From Alteromonas sp. (GTDB taxonomy: Bacteria > Margulisbacteria > Marinamargulisbacteria > UBA6595), in NCBI GenBank assembly GCA_964220215.1, contig CAXPTH010000006.1, positions 1 through 64,000 on the forward strand: DNA of 64,000 nt, given 5' to 3'. Shown here one piece after another: positions 40,231-50,284 of the stretch. Position 1 is the stretch's first letter. Each line of letters starts with the position of its first letter. A model generated the notes under the pieces. That model saw only the letters and a list, made by a program, of their open reading frames with translations, was not told the DNA's origin and did not search any database. Both the position numbers and the translations under genes were made by a program.

Positions 40231-40557
40231 ATGGATCAACCAAAATCGGAACGTGTACGTGCATTAATTGAACTTGAGGTTCGGCCTGAAGAGCAAAATG
40301 GATTTGATCGTGCAGCGGGTCGTATTTTTCGGCATGACAATGTGATTGATCACTACTTAATATCGGGCCGATATGACTTTTTAATTATTGTAGAATCCGA
40401 TAGCATTACGGGGATTTCCGAGTTTGTCTCCAATCAATTGGCACCCCTGAAATCCATTCGATCCATTACCACGCATTTTATATTGAAGCGCTACAAAGTG
40501 AATGGCGTGTTGTTGGAGGATCCCACTACACGCGATCGGTTGTCTGTAGCGCCATAA
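40231..40557 (+). CDS. Lrp/AsnC family ligand-binding domain protein (no obvious HTH)
   Basis: ALIELEVRP..GFD, YLISGRYDF, TTHFILKRYK; paired with an aminotransferase. Confidence 0.85.
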   Translation: MDQPKSERVRALIELEVRPEEQNGFDRAAGRIFRHDNVIDHYLISGRYDFLIIVESDSITGISEFVSNQLAPLKSIRSITTHFILKRYKVNGVLLEDPTTRDRLSVAP

Positions 40558-40561
40558 CTTT

Positions 40562-41731
40562 ATGACACATCCGGGACTCAATGCGTTTAATGATCGGTTG
40601 GATTTAGTCCCTTCCTCCGGTATTCGCTTGTTTTTTGACTTGGTATTAACGATGGAGGATGTTATTTCCTTGGGGGTTGGCGAACCGGATTTTACCACGC
40701 CGTGGGGGATTTGCAATTCGGCTATTTTAAGCATTGAGCAAGGGGAAACACATTACACGTCCAATCAAGGTATTTTGCCGCTTCGGTCCGCCATTTCAAC
40801 CCTCATTCATGGGTATTCGGGTGTTCGGTATTGCCCAGATAAAGAGATGATTGTGACGGTGGGTGCGTCCGAGGCGATTGATATTGCCTTGCGAGCAGTT
40901 ATTAATCCGGGTGACAGCGTGGTGATTCCAGAGCCCACCTATATCTCCTATTCCCCGTTGGCAACATTAGCGGGGGCCACGGTGATTCCCGTGAATACCG
41001 GTGAGACCCAGTTTGTGCCAACCTTGGCGGCGATTCAAGCTGCGGTGACGGATACAACAAAATTGATTATGTTATGCTCTCCCTCCAATCCAACAGGCGC
41101 TGTGATTCCGCCGGAAACCTTAGCGGCGATTGGTCAATTTGCTTATGAGTGTGGCATTTGGGTGTTGGTGGATGAAATTTATTATGATTTGGTGTACGAC
41201 GGACCCGTTCAGTCTTTTTTATCCACATATCCAAATGCCAAAACCAATACCATTTATGTGGGTGGGGTGTCTAAAAACTATGCCATGACGGGGTGGCGGA
41301 TTGGCTACCTGTGTGGACCCAAAGCCTTTATTGAGCGGGCGCTCAAGATTCATCAATACACAGTGATGTGTGTGCCAACGGTGGGGCAGTATGCCGCCTT
41401 GGAAGCGATTCGCAATCACGCGGGTTCTGTGGCGTCTATGCGGGCGGATTATGACCAACGACGACGCTTATTTGTAGCTGGCCTTAATGACTTGGGGTTG
41501 CCTACCGCAATGCCAGAAGGGGCCTTGTATTGTTTTGTGGATATTCGCTCAACGGGGTTGTCTTCCGAAGCCTTTGCGGTTCAATTGCTAGAGACCCAAC
41601 GGGTAGCCGTAGTCCCAGGGGCGGTGTTCGGCCAGGGCGGGGAAGGGTATGTGCGCTGCTGCTACGCCGTGGCCATGGCTGACTTGAAAACAGCGTTGAC
41701 ACGGATTAAGGCGTTTTTAAATAGCCGGTAA
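40562..41731 (+). CDS. PLP-dependent aminotransferase class I/II
   Basis: SLGVGEPDF, PSNPTG, DEIY, SKNYAMTGWRIG, VPGAVFG. Confidence 0.95.
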   Translation: MTHPGLNAFNDRLDLVPSSGIRLFFDLVLTMEDVISLGVGEPDFTTPWGICNSAILSIEQGETHYTSNQGILPLRSAISTLIHGYSGVRYCPDKEMIVTVGASEAIDIALRAVINPGDSVVIPEPTYISYSPLATLAGATVIPVNTGETQFVPTLAAIQAAVTDTTKLIMLCSPSNPTGAVIPPETLAAIGQFAYECGIWVLVDEIYYDLVYDGPVQSFLSTYPNAKTNTIYVGGVSKNYAMTGWRIGYLCGPKAFIERALKIHQYTVMCVPTVGQYAALEAIRNHAGSVASMRADYDQRRRLFVAGLNDLGLPTAMPEGALYCFVDIRSTGLSSEAFAVQLLETQRVAVVPGAVFGQGGEGYVRCCYAVAMADLKTALTRIKAFLNSR

Positions 41732-43414
41732 GTTTATGATTTTATCACAATAGCTCAGCGCTGCCGCATGATGTGACACGCTAATAATCGTTTCATTGGT
41801 TAGTTTAGAAAAGACTTCGTTAATCAAATGCTCTTCAGTGTCTTTATCCAACGCGCTGGTGGCTTCGTCTAAAATCAACAGCTGAGGGTTGTGATACAAA
41901 GCCCGAGCTACCCCAATGCGTTGCCGTTGCCCACCGCTGAGCCGGCACCCATTTTCACCAATAATTGTATGAAGGCCATCATGCGTATTAAAAAAATCAT
42001 ATAGCTTCACGGCGTGTAGTACCTCAACAATTCGTGTTTCATCATAGGGGTGCCCAAAGGCAATGTTATATCCAACGGTATGGTCAAATAAGGTCGTTTC
42101 TTGGGTAACATAGCCAATACTGGCCCGCCAACTGCGCATAGTCTCAGCGGTTAGGGCAATGCCATCAACATATACCTGCCCGGAATCGGGCGGAATGAGG
42201 CCACAAATAATATCCAATAGGGTGCTTTTACCCGATCCGCTGCTGCCCATAATGCCAATGCTCGATTGGTAGGGTATCTCAAGGGATTGGTTCTTTAAAA
42301 TTTGTTTGGTCGGCGCGCTTGGATAACTAAATGATACGGCATCCACATGAATCATGGATTTGAATGCGATCGATTGATTGCCCAATGGTTCAGTTTGAAT
42401 GGTAAATGACCGGTATACAGCATTCAAACTAGGGGCTAAAAATAGGATTTGATTATACGAGGACAGCATTCGGTTAAATGCGGGCATTAGTCGAAAAAAG
42501 GCAAGCCCATAGACACTTAACAAGGGAATAATTTGAGCTAAATTGAGTTGGTTTAGTGCACTAACTACAATAAAGCTAAGCATAATAACAATACCACTGG
42601 CTTCCAAGATTCCACGGGGCAGTTGCCCGATAACGTTGGCTTTAATATTGGCTTGACTGAGCCCATAGCTGCTGGCCTGAAAGTGTTGACTGAGCCATTG
42701 GGTATTCTTTAAACATTTAATTAATTTAAAGTTTTTAAATGTTTCGTAAATGGTTTTGTAAAATTGGTTGTGATTGTATTCACGGGATTGGGCAGCCTGG
42801 TTTGTTTTTTGACGAATAATGAGAATCAAAACAATGCCAATGAGTCCTGCGTAGACACTAATCGCCAGTGTTGCCTTCCAATTGATAAACAGCAAAAAGC
42901 TATAAATACAGAGCGTTGTGGTGATTTCGGTTAGAAACAGTAATGAGAAGTACATTAAATTGGATAGTTGATCAGACTCGGTAATAATGGTGCGAGATAA
43001 TTGCCCTGAATGATGCGCTTGATAACTGAGGTAGGGGAGTTTCAGGTAATGATCAAACAACCGATAAGCTAAACTGTGAAATCGGCCTTGGACGAATTTA
43101 TTGACCGCATAGGTATAATGCATCGTAATGCCGGCTCGACCCATATAAAATAAAATAAGGCCCAGTCCCATTGCGGCAATTGTTGTGCTTGGGGATGGGC
43201 GCCCGAGGCTGATGTACAACGCATTGAATACCGCATGCGTATGCACAATTTCAAACTGATTCACGAGGCTTAAAAAGGGAATGATAAGCCCAACGCCGAT
43301 TGTTTCAATGCCACTGTACAGCACTGTATAGGCGAATAAAGCAAAGAAGTGAGCCTTATCTTTTCGATCAAATAAAAACCGGAGTTTTGAAATGACAGAT
43401 TGAAGCGATACCAT
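41717..43414 (-). CDS. ABC transporter permease/ATPase (PglK/MsbA-like glycolipid flippase)
   Basis: Six TMs, Walker A GSSGSGKST, LSGGQRQR, LLILDEATSALD; divergent from sugar-modifying genes. Confidence 0.9.
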   Translation of the reverse strand: MVSLQSVISKLRFLFDRKDKAHFFALFAYTVLYSGIETIGVGLIIPFLSLVNQFEIVHTHAVFNALYISLGRPSPSTTIAAMGLGLILFYMGRAGITMHYTYAVNKFVQGRFHSLAYRLFDHYLKLPYLSYQAHHSGQLSRTIITESDQLSNLMYFSLLFLTEITTTLCIYSFLLFINWKATLAISVYAGLIGIVLILIIRQKTNQAAQSREYNHNQFYKTIYETFKNFKLIKCLKNTQWLSQHFQASSYGLSQANIKANVIGQLPRGILEASGIVIMLSFIVVSALNQLNLAQIIPLLSVYGLAFFRLMPAFNRMLSSYNQILFLAPSLNAVYRSFTIQTEPLGNQSIAFKSMIHVDAVSFSYPSAPTKQILKNQSLEIPYQSSIGIMGSSGSGKSTLLDIICGLIPPDSGQVYVDGIALTAETMRSWRASIGYVTQETTLFDHTVGYNIAFGHPYDETRIVEVLHAVKLYDFFNTHDGLHTIIGENGCRLSGGQRQRIGVARALYHNPQLLILDEATSALDKDTEEHLINEVFSKLTNETIISVSHHAAALSYCDKIINLPAI

Positions 43415-43483
43415 GAATTTACAGTGTACACCAATTGGACACAAAATACTTGTTTAGTCGACTGAATTAAATTACAATCAAAG

Positions 43484-44452
43484 TTGCTCATGAACACATT
43501 TTTAGTTACTGGTGGTGCCGGCTTTATTGGATCCCATCTTGTTGAAGCACTGTTAAAACAGGGACACACGGTTCGGATTTTAGATAATTTATCCCATGGT
43601 CGTTTGGATAATCTATTCTTTTTAGATTATTATCCATCCAATCAGTATACGTGGATTGACGGCGATATTCGAGATGCTAGCTGTTGCGCTCATGCAGTAC
43701 AGGGCGTGGAGTATGTGTTGCATCAAGCGGCACTAGGGTCGGTGCCAAAATCTATTGAGTTCCCCTTGGATTACCATGACAACAACGTCACGGGTACCCT
43801 CAATGTATTGCTTGCGGCTCGAGATCACGGCGTCAAGCGTGTGGTTCAGGCGTCTTCGTCGGCGATTTATGGGGATTCCCTAGCGTTGCCTAAAACAGAA
43901 TCAATGATACCGGCACCATTGTCACCCTATGCACTGAGCAAGCTAACATGCGAATATTATGCGTCTATGATGCAATCGGTTTATCACTTCCCAGTTGTAT
44001 CCTTGCGCTATTTTAATGTTTTTGGTCCCCGCCAAGATCCCAATTCTCAATATGCGGCGGTTATTCCTAAGTTTGTGACGGCTTGGTTGCAGAACAGCTC
44101 GCCGGTTATTCATTCAGACGGAGAGCAAACGCGTGATTTTACGTATATTGATAATGTTGTTCAGGCCAATATTCACGCTTGTTTTTCGGATGAACGATCG
44201 GCCGGCCAGGCGTATAATATTGGCAATGGGGTTAATACGAGTGTGAATCAATTGGCCACAACGATTCAAACGCTATTGGGAAAAGAACAATCACCCGTTT
44301 ATGAGTCCGCTCGTCTCGGTGATGTTCGGGATAGTTTAGCCGCCATTGAGCGGGCGCAAGCTGAGATTGGCTATGACCCGACGGTGCAATTAGCCGAAGG
44401 CTTACAAAAAACCGTTGCGTGGTATACCCAGCAGTTGCAAGCTAGTGGGTAA
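43484..44452 (+). CDS. NAD-dependent epimerase (WbpP-like UDP-GlcNAc 4-epimerase)
   Basis: TGGAGFIGS, HQAALGSVP, SPYALSK (YxxxK), RYFNVFGPRQDP, TRDFTY. Confidence 0.92.
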   Translation: MLMNTFLVTGGAGFIGSHLVEALLKQGHTVRILDNLSHGRLDNLFFLDYYPSNQYTWIDGDIRDASCCAHAVQGVEYVLHQAALGSVPKSIEFPLDYHDNNVTGTLNVLLAARDHGVKRVVQASSSAIYGDSLALPKTESMIPAPLSPYALSKLTCEYYASMMQSVYHFPVVSLRYFNVFGPRQDPNSQYAAVIPKFVTAWLQNSSPVIHSDGEQTRDFTYIDNVVQANIHACFSDERSAGQAYNIGNGVNTSVNQLATTIQTLLGKEQSPVYESARLGDVRDSLAAIERAQAEIGYDPTVQLAEGLQKTVAWYTQQLQASG

Positions 44453-44459
44453 TTGACGA

Positions 44460-45332
44460 TTGGTGGCGTATCCGTTGGTATCTGTTATTATTGCTACGCT
44501 GGGAGATACTCAATTAGTTAGTGATGCTTTGGATAGCCTTAGGCGTCAAACATTCAAAGACTTTGATGTGATTATTGTTAATCAAGGTGATCCACTGCCA
44601 GAAACGGTGATTAAGCAGTATCCTGATTTAGTAGTCCAGTATCATGAAGTCACCATAGTGGGTGCGTCATTGGCCCGTAATTACGCAGCTTCAGTTGCTT
44701 CTGGCTATTGGTTGGCGTATATGGATGATGATGCACAGTATTCACCTGGCTTTTTAGAGGGTTCTGTTCAAGTGTTGCATAAATACGCATTGGATGGGAT
44801 AACGGGTATTGTAATTGATGCACAAAAACACCGCCCTATAGCACGCTCAATTAGCGGTAAAAAAAGTCAATGTATTCACGCTGATTCTTTTAATCTATGG
44901 ATGTGTTCAGCCAGCATTGTATCTAAAGAAATTGCTATCAAAATTGGTGGCTATGATCCTGAATTTGGGCCAGGAGAACGGTGGGGGTGTGGAGAGGAAG
45001 CCGACTTTTTACTGAGGCTCCTCAATCATAAAGCTAAATTATACTTTGATTCCAGTCTATATGTTTATCATCCATCTGAAACAGAAAAATTAAACATGTT
45101 AGATTTAAAAAGAATTTGGCGTCGTGGGTTTTCATATGGTGCAGGTCGTGGCGCATTAATCCGAAAGCACAGTTCTAGAATGCCGGTATGGGGGTGTATT
45201 CAGCTAATTAAAATGCTGTTGACATCCGGTTTAGCGGTTGTCCAATCCATACTAATGATTCGATTTCGGTATTTTTTTCGCGATGTGGCTAATTTGTTTG
45301 GGCGCTGCTATGGGTTTCTTATGTACAAATAA
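44460..45332 (+). CDS. Glycosyltransferase family 2
   Basis: VSVIIAT, ASLARN, YMDDD, GGYD..FG.G, GEEAD. Confidence 0.9.
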   Translation: MVAYPLVSVIIATLGDTQLVSDALDSLRRQTFKDFDVIIVNQGDPLPETVIKQYPDLVVQYHEVTIVGASLARNYAASVASGYWLAYMDDDAQYSPGFLEGSVQVLHKYALDGITGIVIDAQKHRPIARSISGKKSQCIHADSFNLWMCSASIVSKEIAIKIGGYDPEFGPGERWGCGEEADFLLRLLNHKAKLYFDSSLYVYHPSETEKLNMLDLKRIWRRGFSYGAGRGALIRKHSSRMPVWGCIQLIKMLLTSGLAVVQSILMIRFRYFFRDVANLFGRCYGFLMYK

Positions 45333-45361
45333 TTTTTTATGATAGAATACATGAAACAACA

Positions 45362-46588
45362 ATGATTAGCACCAGTTATTTTTTAGATAAGCTCAAAGCT
45401 CGGTACACAGAGCCCATGTTGGATCGGGTGGAAACGATTACCCCTAATTTTGTGGTGGCACAAAAAACAGTGGGGGTGTCTGAGTCCGGGTATCGCATTG
45501 CGCACAATGGGGAGTGGTATGTATCCGAGGCTTTATTATTAGCCGCTGTGAGCCAAGGGGTTGTGTTGGTGGTGGATCAACATCCCATTCGGATGGAACA
45601 AGACTTTCATCTGAGTCATATTAAACACTGCGAGTTTTTATCCCCGGTGGTGCCAGGCGATACCATCCGGTTTGAATTAACCTGCGAGTCTATCAACGAC
45701 TCCGGTCCGCTGACTGTTGAGGCACTTTTGTTGGTTGACGGGCGCCGTGTGTGTGAAGCAACCCTCGTGTATGCCTTTACCCACACACCGAGTCGCCCCC
45801 AAATTCACCCCACCGCATCGGTGCATCCCACGGCTGTATTGGGTGAAAATGTTAAAGTTGGGGCCTATAGCAGTGTGGGGGAGCATGTGGTTATTGGGGA
45901 TGGGACTCGCCTGGAAGCCAATGTCATGATTGAAAAATGGACGGAAATTGGGTCGGATTGCCATATTTATTCTGGGGCAGTTATTGGCTCGCAAGCGCAG
46001 GATATGAAATACAAGGGGGAGCGGAGTTTGGTTAAAATTGGCGATCGCAATACCATTCGCGAATATGTGACCATTAACCGAGCCACTGGCCCCGATTGTG
46101 AAACAGTAATTGGCAATGACAATTTGATTTTTACATCCGTGCATATTGGGCATAACTGCACAATTGGCAATCACGTTATTTTAACCAATATGGCAACATT
46201 GGGCGGGCACGTAGTCATTGAAGATCGGGTGGTTGTGGGCGGCTGCGTGGGCGTGCATCAATTTACACGGATTGGTACGGGGGCTATGATTGGTGGCTAC
46301 TCAAAAGTGCATTCCGATGTACCTCCGTTTTTGTTGTGTGAGGGCAATCCGGCTGAAATTCGGACCATTAATGTCGTGGGGTTGCGTCGATCCGGGGCCA
46401 AGTCCGACGAACTCAATGAACTCAAGCACGTGTTTAAATGTTTATTTAGAAATCAACTGAATACCCAACAAGCATTAGAGGCGCTCGCCCAGGATGACAT
46501 TCAAGGGGCCAGCAGCCAACGGCTGATTCAATTTATGTCCGAGTCATCCAAACGGGGGGTATTAAAAAAAACAGCCGGGGCAAAATGA
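45362..46588 (+). CDS. lpxA: Fusion: degenerate FabZ-like hotdog domain + UDP-GlcNAc O-acyltransferase LpxA
   Basis: N-terminal LDRV..VAQKTV...F.SPVVPGD; C-terminal hexapeptide repeats, QDMKY, IREYVTINR, HIGHNC, LGGHV, VHQF, DVPPF. Confidence 0.9.
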   Translation: MISTSYFLDKLKARYTEPMLDRVETITPNFVVAQKTVGVSESGYRIAHNGEWYVSEALLLAAVSQGVVLVVDQHPIRMEQDFHLSHIKHCEFLSPVVPGDTIRFELTCESINDSGPLTVEALLLVDGRRVCEATLVYAFTHTPSRPQIHPTASVHPTAVLGENVKVGAYSSVGEHVVIGDGTRLEANVMIEKWTEIGSDCHIYSGAVIGSQAQDMKYKGERSLVKIGDRNTIREYVTINRATGPDCETVIGNDNLIFTSVHIGHNCTIGNHVILTNMATLGGHVVIEDRVVVGGCVGVHQFTRIGTGAMIGGYSKVHSDVPPFLLCEGNPAEIRTINVVGLRRSGAKSDELNELKHVFKCLFRNQLNTQQALEALAQDDIQGASSQRLIQFMSESSKRGVLKKTAGAK

Positions 46589-46597
46589 GGGGGCCGC

Positions 46598-47122
46598 ATG
46601 ATTGACTATCATACGTACAACAGTAAGGAAAGCAGTTGCGTGTATGCACCCACTCCCTTTAACATGAAAGATTTTTTAAGTGTGGCAGTTGCCGCTGATA
46701 CGTCTAATACGCCCATTGTGGATGTGTCGGCTGGTTTTTTGCGATTGACGGGCTATTCCCGAGAGGCGGTTGTTGGGCAAAATTGTCGGTTTTTGCAAGG
46801 TAAAAAAACAGATCCCGCAGTTCGAAAAAAGATTCGGGCGGCCATTAAGAAAAAAGAAACCTTTTCAGGGTTTATTCTCAATTATCGGCAATCGGGTGAG
46901 CCGTTTTGGCAATACTTGAATATTTCGTATCACAGTATTGATCCGGGCGTTGGGTTTTTTATTGGGGTTCAGTCGGCATTTGGTTTGTTTTCAGAGGATT
47001 TTTTTGACATTAAGAATCAAGGGGATACCATTCAGGTGTATGTCCGGCCTAATTTGGATCCCGATTATAAAGATTTGATTTTTACATTGGATACACAAAC
47101 CCTGTGCGAATATACAAGATAG
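46598..47122 (+). CDS. Short stand-alone LOV (PAS) blue-light sensor
   Basis: PIVDVSAGFLRLTGYS...GQNCRFLQG...NYRQSGEPFW...FIGVQ. Confidence 0.9.
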   Translation: MIDYHTYNSKESSCVYAPTPFNMKDFLSVAVAADTSNTPIVDVSAGFLRLTGYSREAVVGQNCRFLQGKKTDPAVRKKIRAAIKKKETFSGFILNYRQSGEPFWQYLNISYHSIDPGVGFFIGVQSAFGLFSEDFFDIKNQGDTIQVYVRPNLDPDYKDLIFTLDTQTLCEYTR

Positions 47123-47138
47123 TGTATACTCATTTAGT

Positions 47139-48590
47139 ATGAGTGAATACGAAAATCGTCAGTTAAAACAGCGGGCATGGGAAGCGGCGGGGCAGTCGGC
47201 CTTTGCGCATGCCTTTGATAAGCAGCAGACCCTTGCCAGTGTTGTCGATCAATATGCGTCGGTTACATCCGATATGCCTTCCGAGGCGTTGGTACAAACG
47301 GCCGGTCGGGTCATGAGTCGACGGGGGCATGGCAAGGCAATGTTTGTGACGATTCAAGACGAGTCCGGGGAGTTGCAGTTGTATATCAATGTGGATCGTG
47401 TGGGGGGCGATACCTTTGCCCTGTACGAGTCCATCGATATTGGAGATATTATTGGGGTTTCGGGTACCATGTTCCGGACCCGCCGCGATGCGCTGACCTT
47501 AAACATTGATACCCTGACCCTGCTCACCAAATCGCTAGCCCCATTGCCTGAAAAATTTCATGGCCTTCAAGACAAAGAAACCCGATACCGCCAACGCTAT
47601 GTGGATTTGATTATGAATACCGATGTCCGTTCAGTATTTTCTGCCCGGTCTAGTATTGTCTTGGCGATGCGGCAGTATCTCAATGAGCACCAATTCATGG
47701 AAGTGGAGACCCCAGTATTGCAGCATATTTATGGGGGGGCATCTGCCGAGCCGTTTCGGACCCATCACAATCATTTGAATCAAGATTTATACCTTAGAAT
47801 TGCATTGGAGCTGCACCTGAAACGCTTAATTGTGGGCGGCTACGAACGGGTGTTTGAAATCGGACGGGTGTTTCGCAATGAAGGCGTCTCGTATAAACAC
47901 AATCCAGAATACACGTTATTGGAATTGTATCAGGCTTACGCCGATTATACCGATATGATGGCGCTGACTGAAGCCTTGCTTAAACACCTAGTGGTTCAAC
48001 ACACAGGGGGAACGGTGCTGACCTATCAGGATCAAACAATTGATTTTAGCCAGTCGTTTCAGCGACTGAGTATGGTGGATGCATTGGCCCAGTATGCGGG
48101 TATTCAAAACCCAACACGAGACGCCTTAATTGCGGCGTTAAATCAGCACAACATCCCCAATACCGGACAGGAAGCCTGGGGGCATTTGGTTGGCATGGTG
48201 TATGACAAACTGGTTGAGCCCCAGTTAGTCGGGCCAATTTTTATTACCGATTACCCATGGGAATTGTCGCCATTGGCCAAACGGCACCGAGATAACGCTG
48301 ATTTGGTTGAACGGTTTGAACTCATTATTGCGGGCATGGAAATCGCCAATGCATTTTCAGAGCTGAATGACCCCGTTGAGCAAGCGGCGCGATTTGAGGA
48401 TCAAGAGCGGGCGCGCGAAGCGGGGGATGCGGAAGCCCATCGTACGGATGATGACTATATCCAGGCCTTGCAATATGGCATGCCACCCACGGGTGGCCTG
48501 GGCATTGGGGTTGACCGAGTGGTGATGTTGATCACCAATCAAACCAGCATTCGCGATGTGCTGTTCTTCCCGCATTTGAAACAGGTTTAG
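47139..48590 (+). CDS. lysS: Lysine--tRNA ligase (class II)
   Basis: PLPEKFHGL, RYRQRYVDL, EVETP, YLRIALEL, FRNEG, GMPPTGGLGIGVDR. Confidence 0.98.
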   Translation: MSEYENRQLKQRAWEAAGQSAFAHAFDKQQTLASVVDQYASVTSDMPSEALVQTAGRVMSRRGHGKAMFVTIQDESGELQLYINVDRVGGDTFALYESIDIGDIIGVSGTMFRTRRDALTLNIDTLTLLTKSLAPLPEKFHGLQDKETRYRQRYVDLIMNTDVRSVFSARSSIVLAMRQYLNEHQFMEVETPVLQHIYGGASAEPFRTHHNHLNQDLYLRIALELHLKRLIVGGYERVFEIGRVFRNEGVSYKHNPEYTLLELYQAYADYTDMMALTEALLKHLVVQHTGGTVLTYQDQTIDFSQSFQRLSMVDALAQYAGIQNPTRDALIAALNQHNIPNTGQEAWGHLVGMVYDKLVEPQLVGPIFITDYPWELSPLAKRHRDNADLVERFELIIAGMEIANAFSELNDPVEQAARFEDQERAREAGDAEAHRTDDDYIQALQYGMPPTGGLGIGVDRVVMLITNQTSIRDVLFFPHLKQV

Positions 48591-48591
48591 T

Positions 48592-48945
48592 TTGGATAAA
48601 CAATCGGCTGGAGCAAACGCTTGGCTGTCTGGAACGGATATTTCACAATTGCTTAATTCTAAACGGGCTCAGCGTAATAACCTAATCAATCAATTGAATC
48701 AGGCAGCAGGGCCTGTTCAATATCACCGTCGTCAAAGCTTTATTCGACGTTGTCCGATTGCCTCACTCGAAAATCCACGGCCTGATTGTATTCAAGACCA
48801 ATCGACTGATGCATCCAGTTCGCCAACTGAATCGGACCCGCCAACGCTGGTTAATCAATCCAAAAAATCGAATCAAAGAACGGGTCAATCCCGACAGGGT
48901 TGGGCCCATATTTATTACCGAGCATTCTTTGGAATTTGTCGGTAA
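48592..48945 (+). CDS. Possible small hypothetical protein
   Basis: 117-aa TTG-start ORF filling the gap between lysS and the convergent gene; no family recognised. Confidence 0.35.
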   Translation: MDKQSAGANAWLSGTDISQLLNSKRAQRNNLINQLNQAAGPVQYHRRQSFIRRCPIASLENPRPDCIQDQSTDASSSPTESDPPTLVNQSKKSNQRTGQSRQGWAHIYYRAFFGICR

Positions 48946-48955
48946 TTGGGATAAT

Positions 48956-50257
48956 CTAAATCCCCAACGTCCACGTGGGGTACGGGACCACAATCGCACT
49001 GTGTGGCGTAAACGCATTGTTCAAAATGGCGCCTGTTCCAGCCAACGGGACGGGGTTCGTTCGTTTGCCTATTTTAGGAAACTGATACACCGCCTGAATG
49101 GCATCTTCGCCCAACTGAGCACGATAACTATGGTGTGCATTGCCGCCAATTGTCCGCCGCTTTCCACGCAATTGAAAACACTTTTGATCCCCATTTGGTT
49201 TTTTCCATGTGCCGATTAAATCCCGATTGGTTTGGCTGAACGTTAGTGTTGTTCGCCATTGACTGATGCTGAGCTTTAATCGAGTAGTATCCGACCGTGA
49301 GTAATGGCATAAAAAGGCCTTGTTTTGAATATGACCATTGATGCGATACACGCGACCGGACTTTAAATTGAGATTTAAATGCGCAAAGGGCGCATTGCCC
49401 CGAGTCACCCAAATATCGGTTTGGTTTACATAGCGTATTTCCAACGCCGTTACCATCGACTGATTTTGATACAACGTCAAATCCAGGACACAGTCGGTTT
49501 TATTGGATTTTTGAAAATTGGGGATTAATCGAAATCGAATTAAACCCAAGGGTAGCTGTTCTTCCAATAATAATTCAAATAAAATAAAATCGATTGCATT
49601 CAAACACTGCTGCTGTTTGAATGTCTGTTTTTGGTTTGATTCGCGCTCGTCATTCGAAGACAGGGCATCCAGTGGGTCTAGGGCAACAATATCAAAAAAA
49701 GCATGATGGTCCGCCATTATGTCATCAATATTGGGCAAGTATACTGGATCATCATTGGTTAAGCTGCCACGAATGGCAACTTCATGGTCTAAAAAACTCA
49801 TGAGGGCATCATCACGCTGCAAGTCAGCCCGCAACAACGCCATTAAAATAGGATCTTGAACCGCAGGGGGTAATTGATGGTAAAACTGGGTAACGCTGGG
49901 CAAGACATCATCTAAAGACTGGTTCTTTGCATCCGCCCAGACTGCAATTTCGGATCGAATGAGTGTCGGAATAGGCAATGGCTCTGGGGCAGCATCGACG
50001 GTTTGGCTCATGGCTCGATCAATGTGCTGCATAATCGTATCCAAGGATAGGTCCAAATCCACAAAGTCAGCCCCGTTCAGGCCTTTGGCTATCCGAGCCG
50101 CTTGCTCAATAAGGCTAGATGCCGTGATGAGGCGATTCGCCATCTGGGTGTGCGATGGGCGCACTAAAATAGCGGTTTGAGTCGGTGTATTCGCTGAAAA
50201 CCAAGTCGAATAGTTTTCAATGGACTGAAATGGATGGTAAGTAACTCGACCTTGCAT
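48956..50257 (-). CDS. Hypothetical protein (helical N-half, beta-rich basic C-half)
   Basis: Long ORF; start placed at ATG 50257 with TGTTAAAAT 7 nt upstream. Confidence 0.7.
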   Translation of the reverse strand: MQGRVTYHPFQSIENYSTWFSANTPTQTAILVRPSHTQMANRLITASSLIEQAARIAKGLNGADFVDLDLSLDTIMQHIDRAMSQTVDAAPEPLPIPTLIRSEIAVWADAKNQSLDDVLPSVTQFYHQLPPAVQDPILMALLRADLQRDDALMSFLDHEVAIRGSLTNDDPVYLPNIDDIMADHHAFFDIVALDPLDALSSNDERESNQKQTFKQQQCLNAIDFILFELLLEEQLPLGLIRFRLIPNFQKSNKTDCVLDLTLYQNQSMVTALEIRYVNQTDIWVTRGNAPFAHLNLNLKSGRVYRINGHIQNKAFLCHYSRSDTTRLKLSISQWRTTLTFSQTNRDLIGTWKKPNGDQKCFQLRGKRRTIGGNAHHSYRAQLGEDAIQAVYQFPKIGKRTNPVPLAGTGAILNNAFTPHSAIVVPYPTWTLGI

Positions 50258-50284
50258 AGAGATTATTTTAACACTTATAATTAA

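Noticed and set aside
48758..49219. 153-aa plus-strand ORF
   Set aside because: Overlaps both neighbours, has no recognisable motif and is mostly antisense to the longer minus-strand gene
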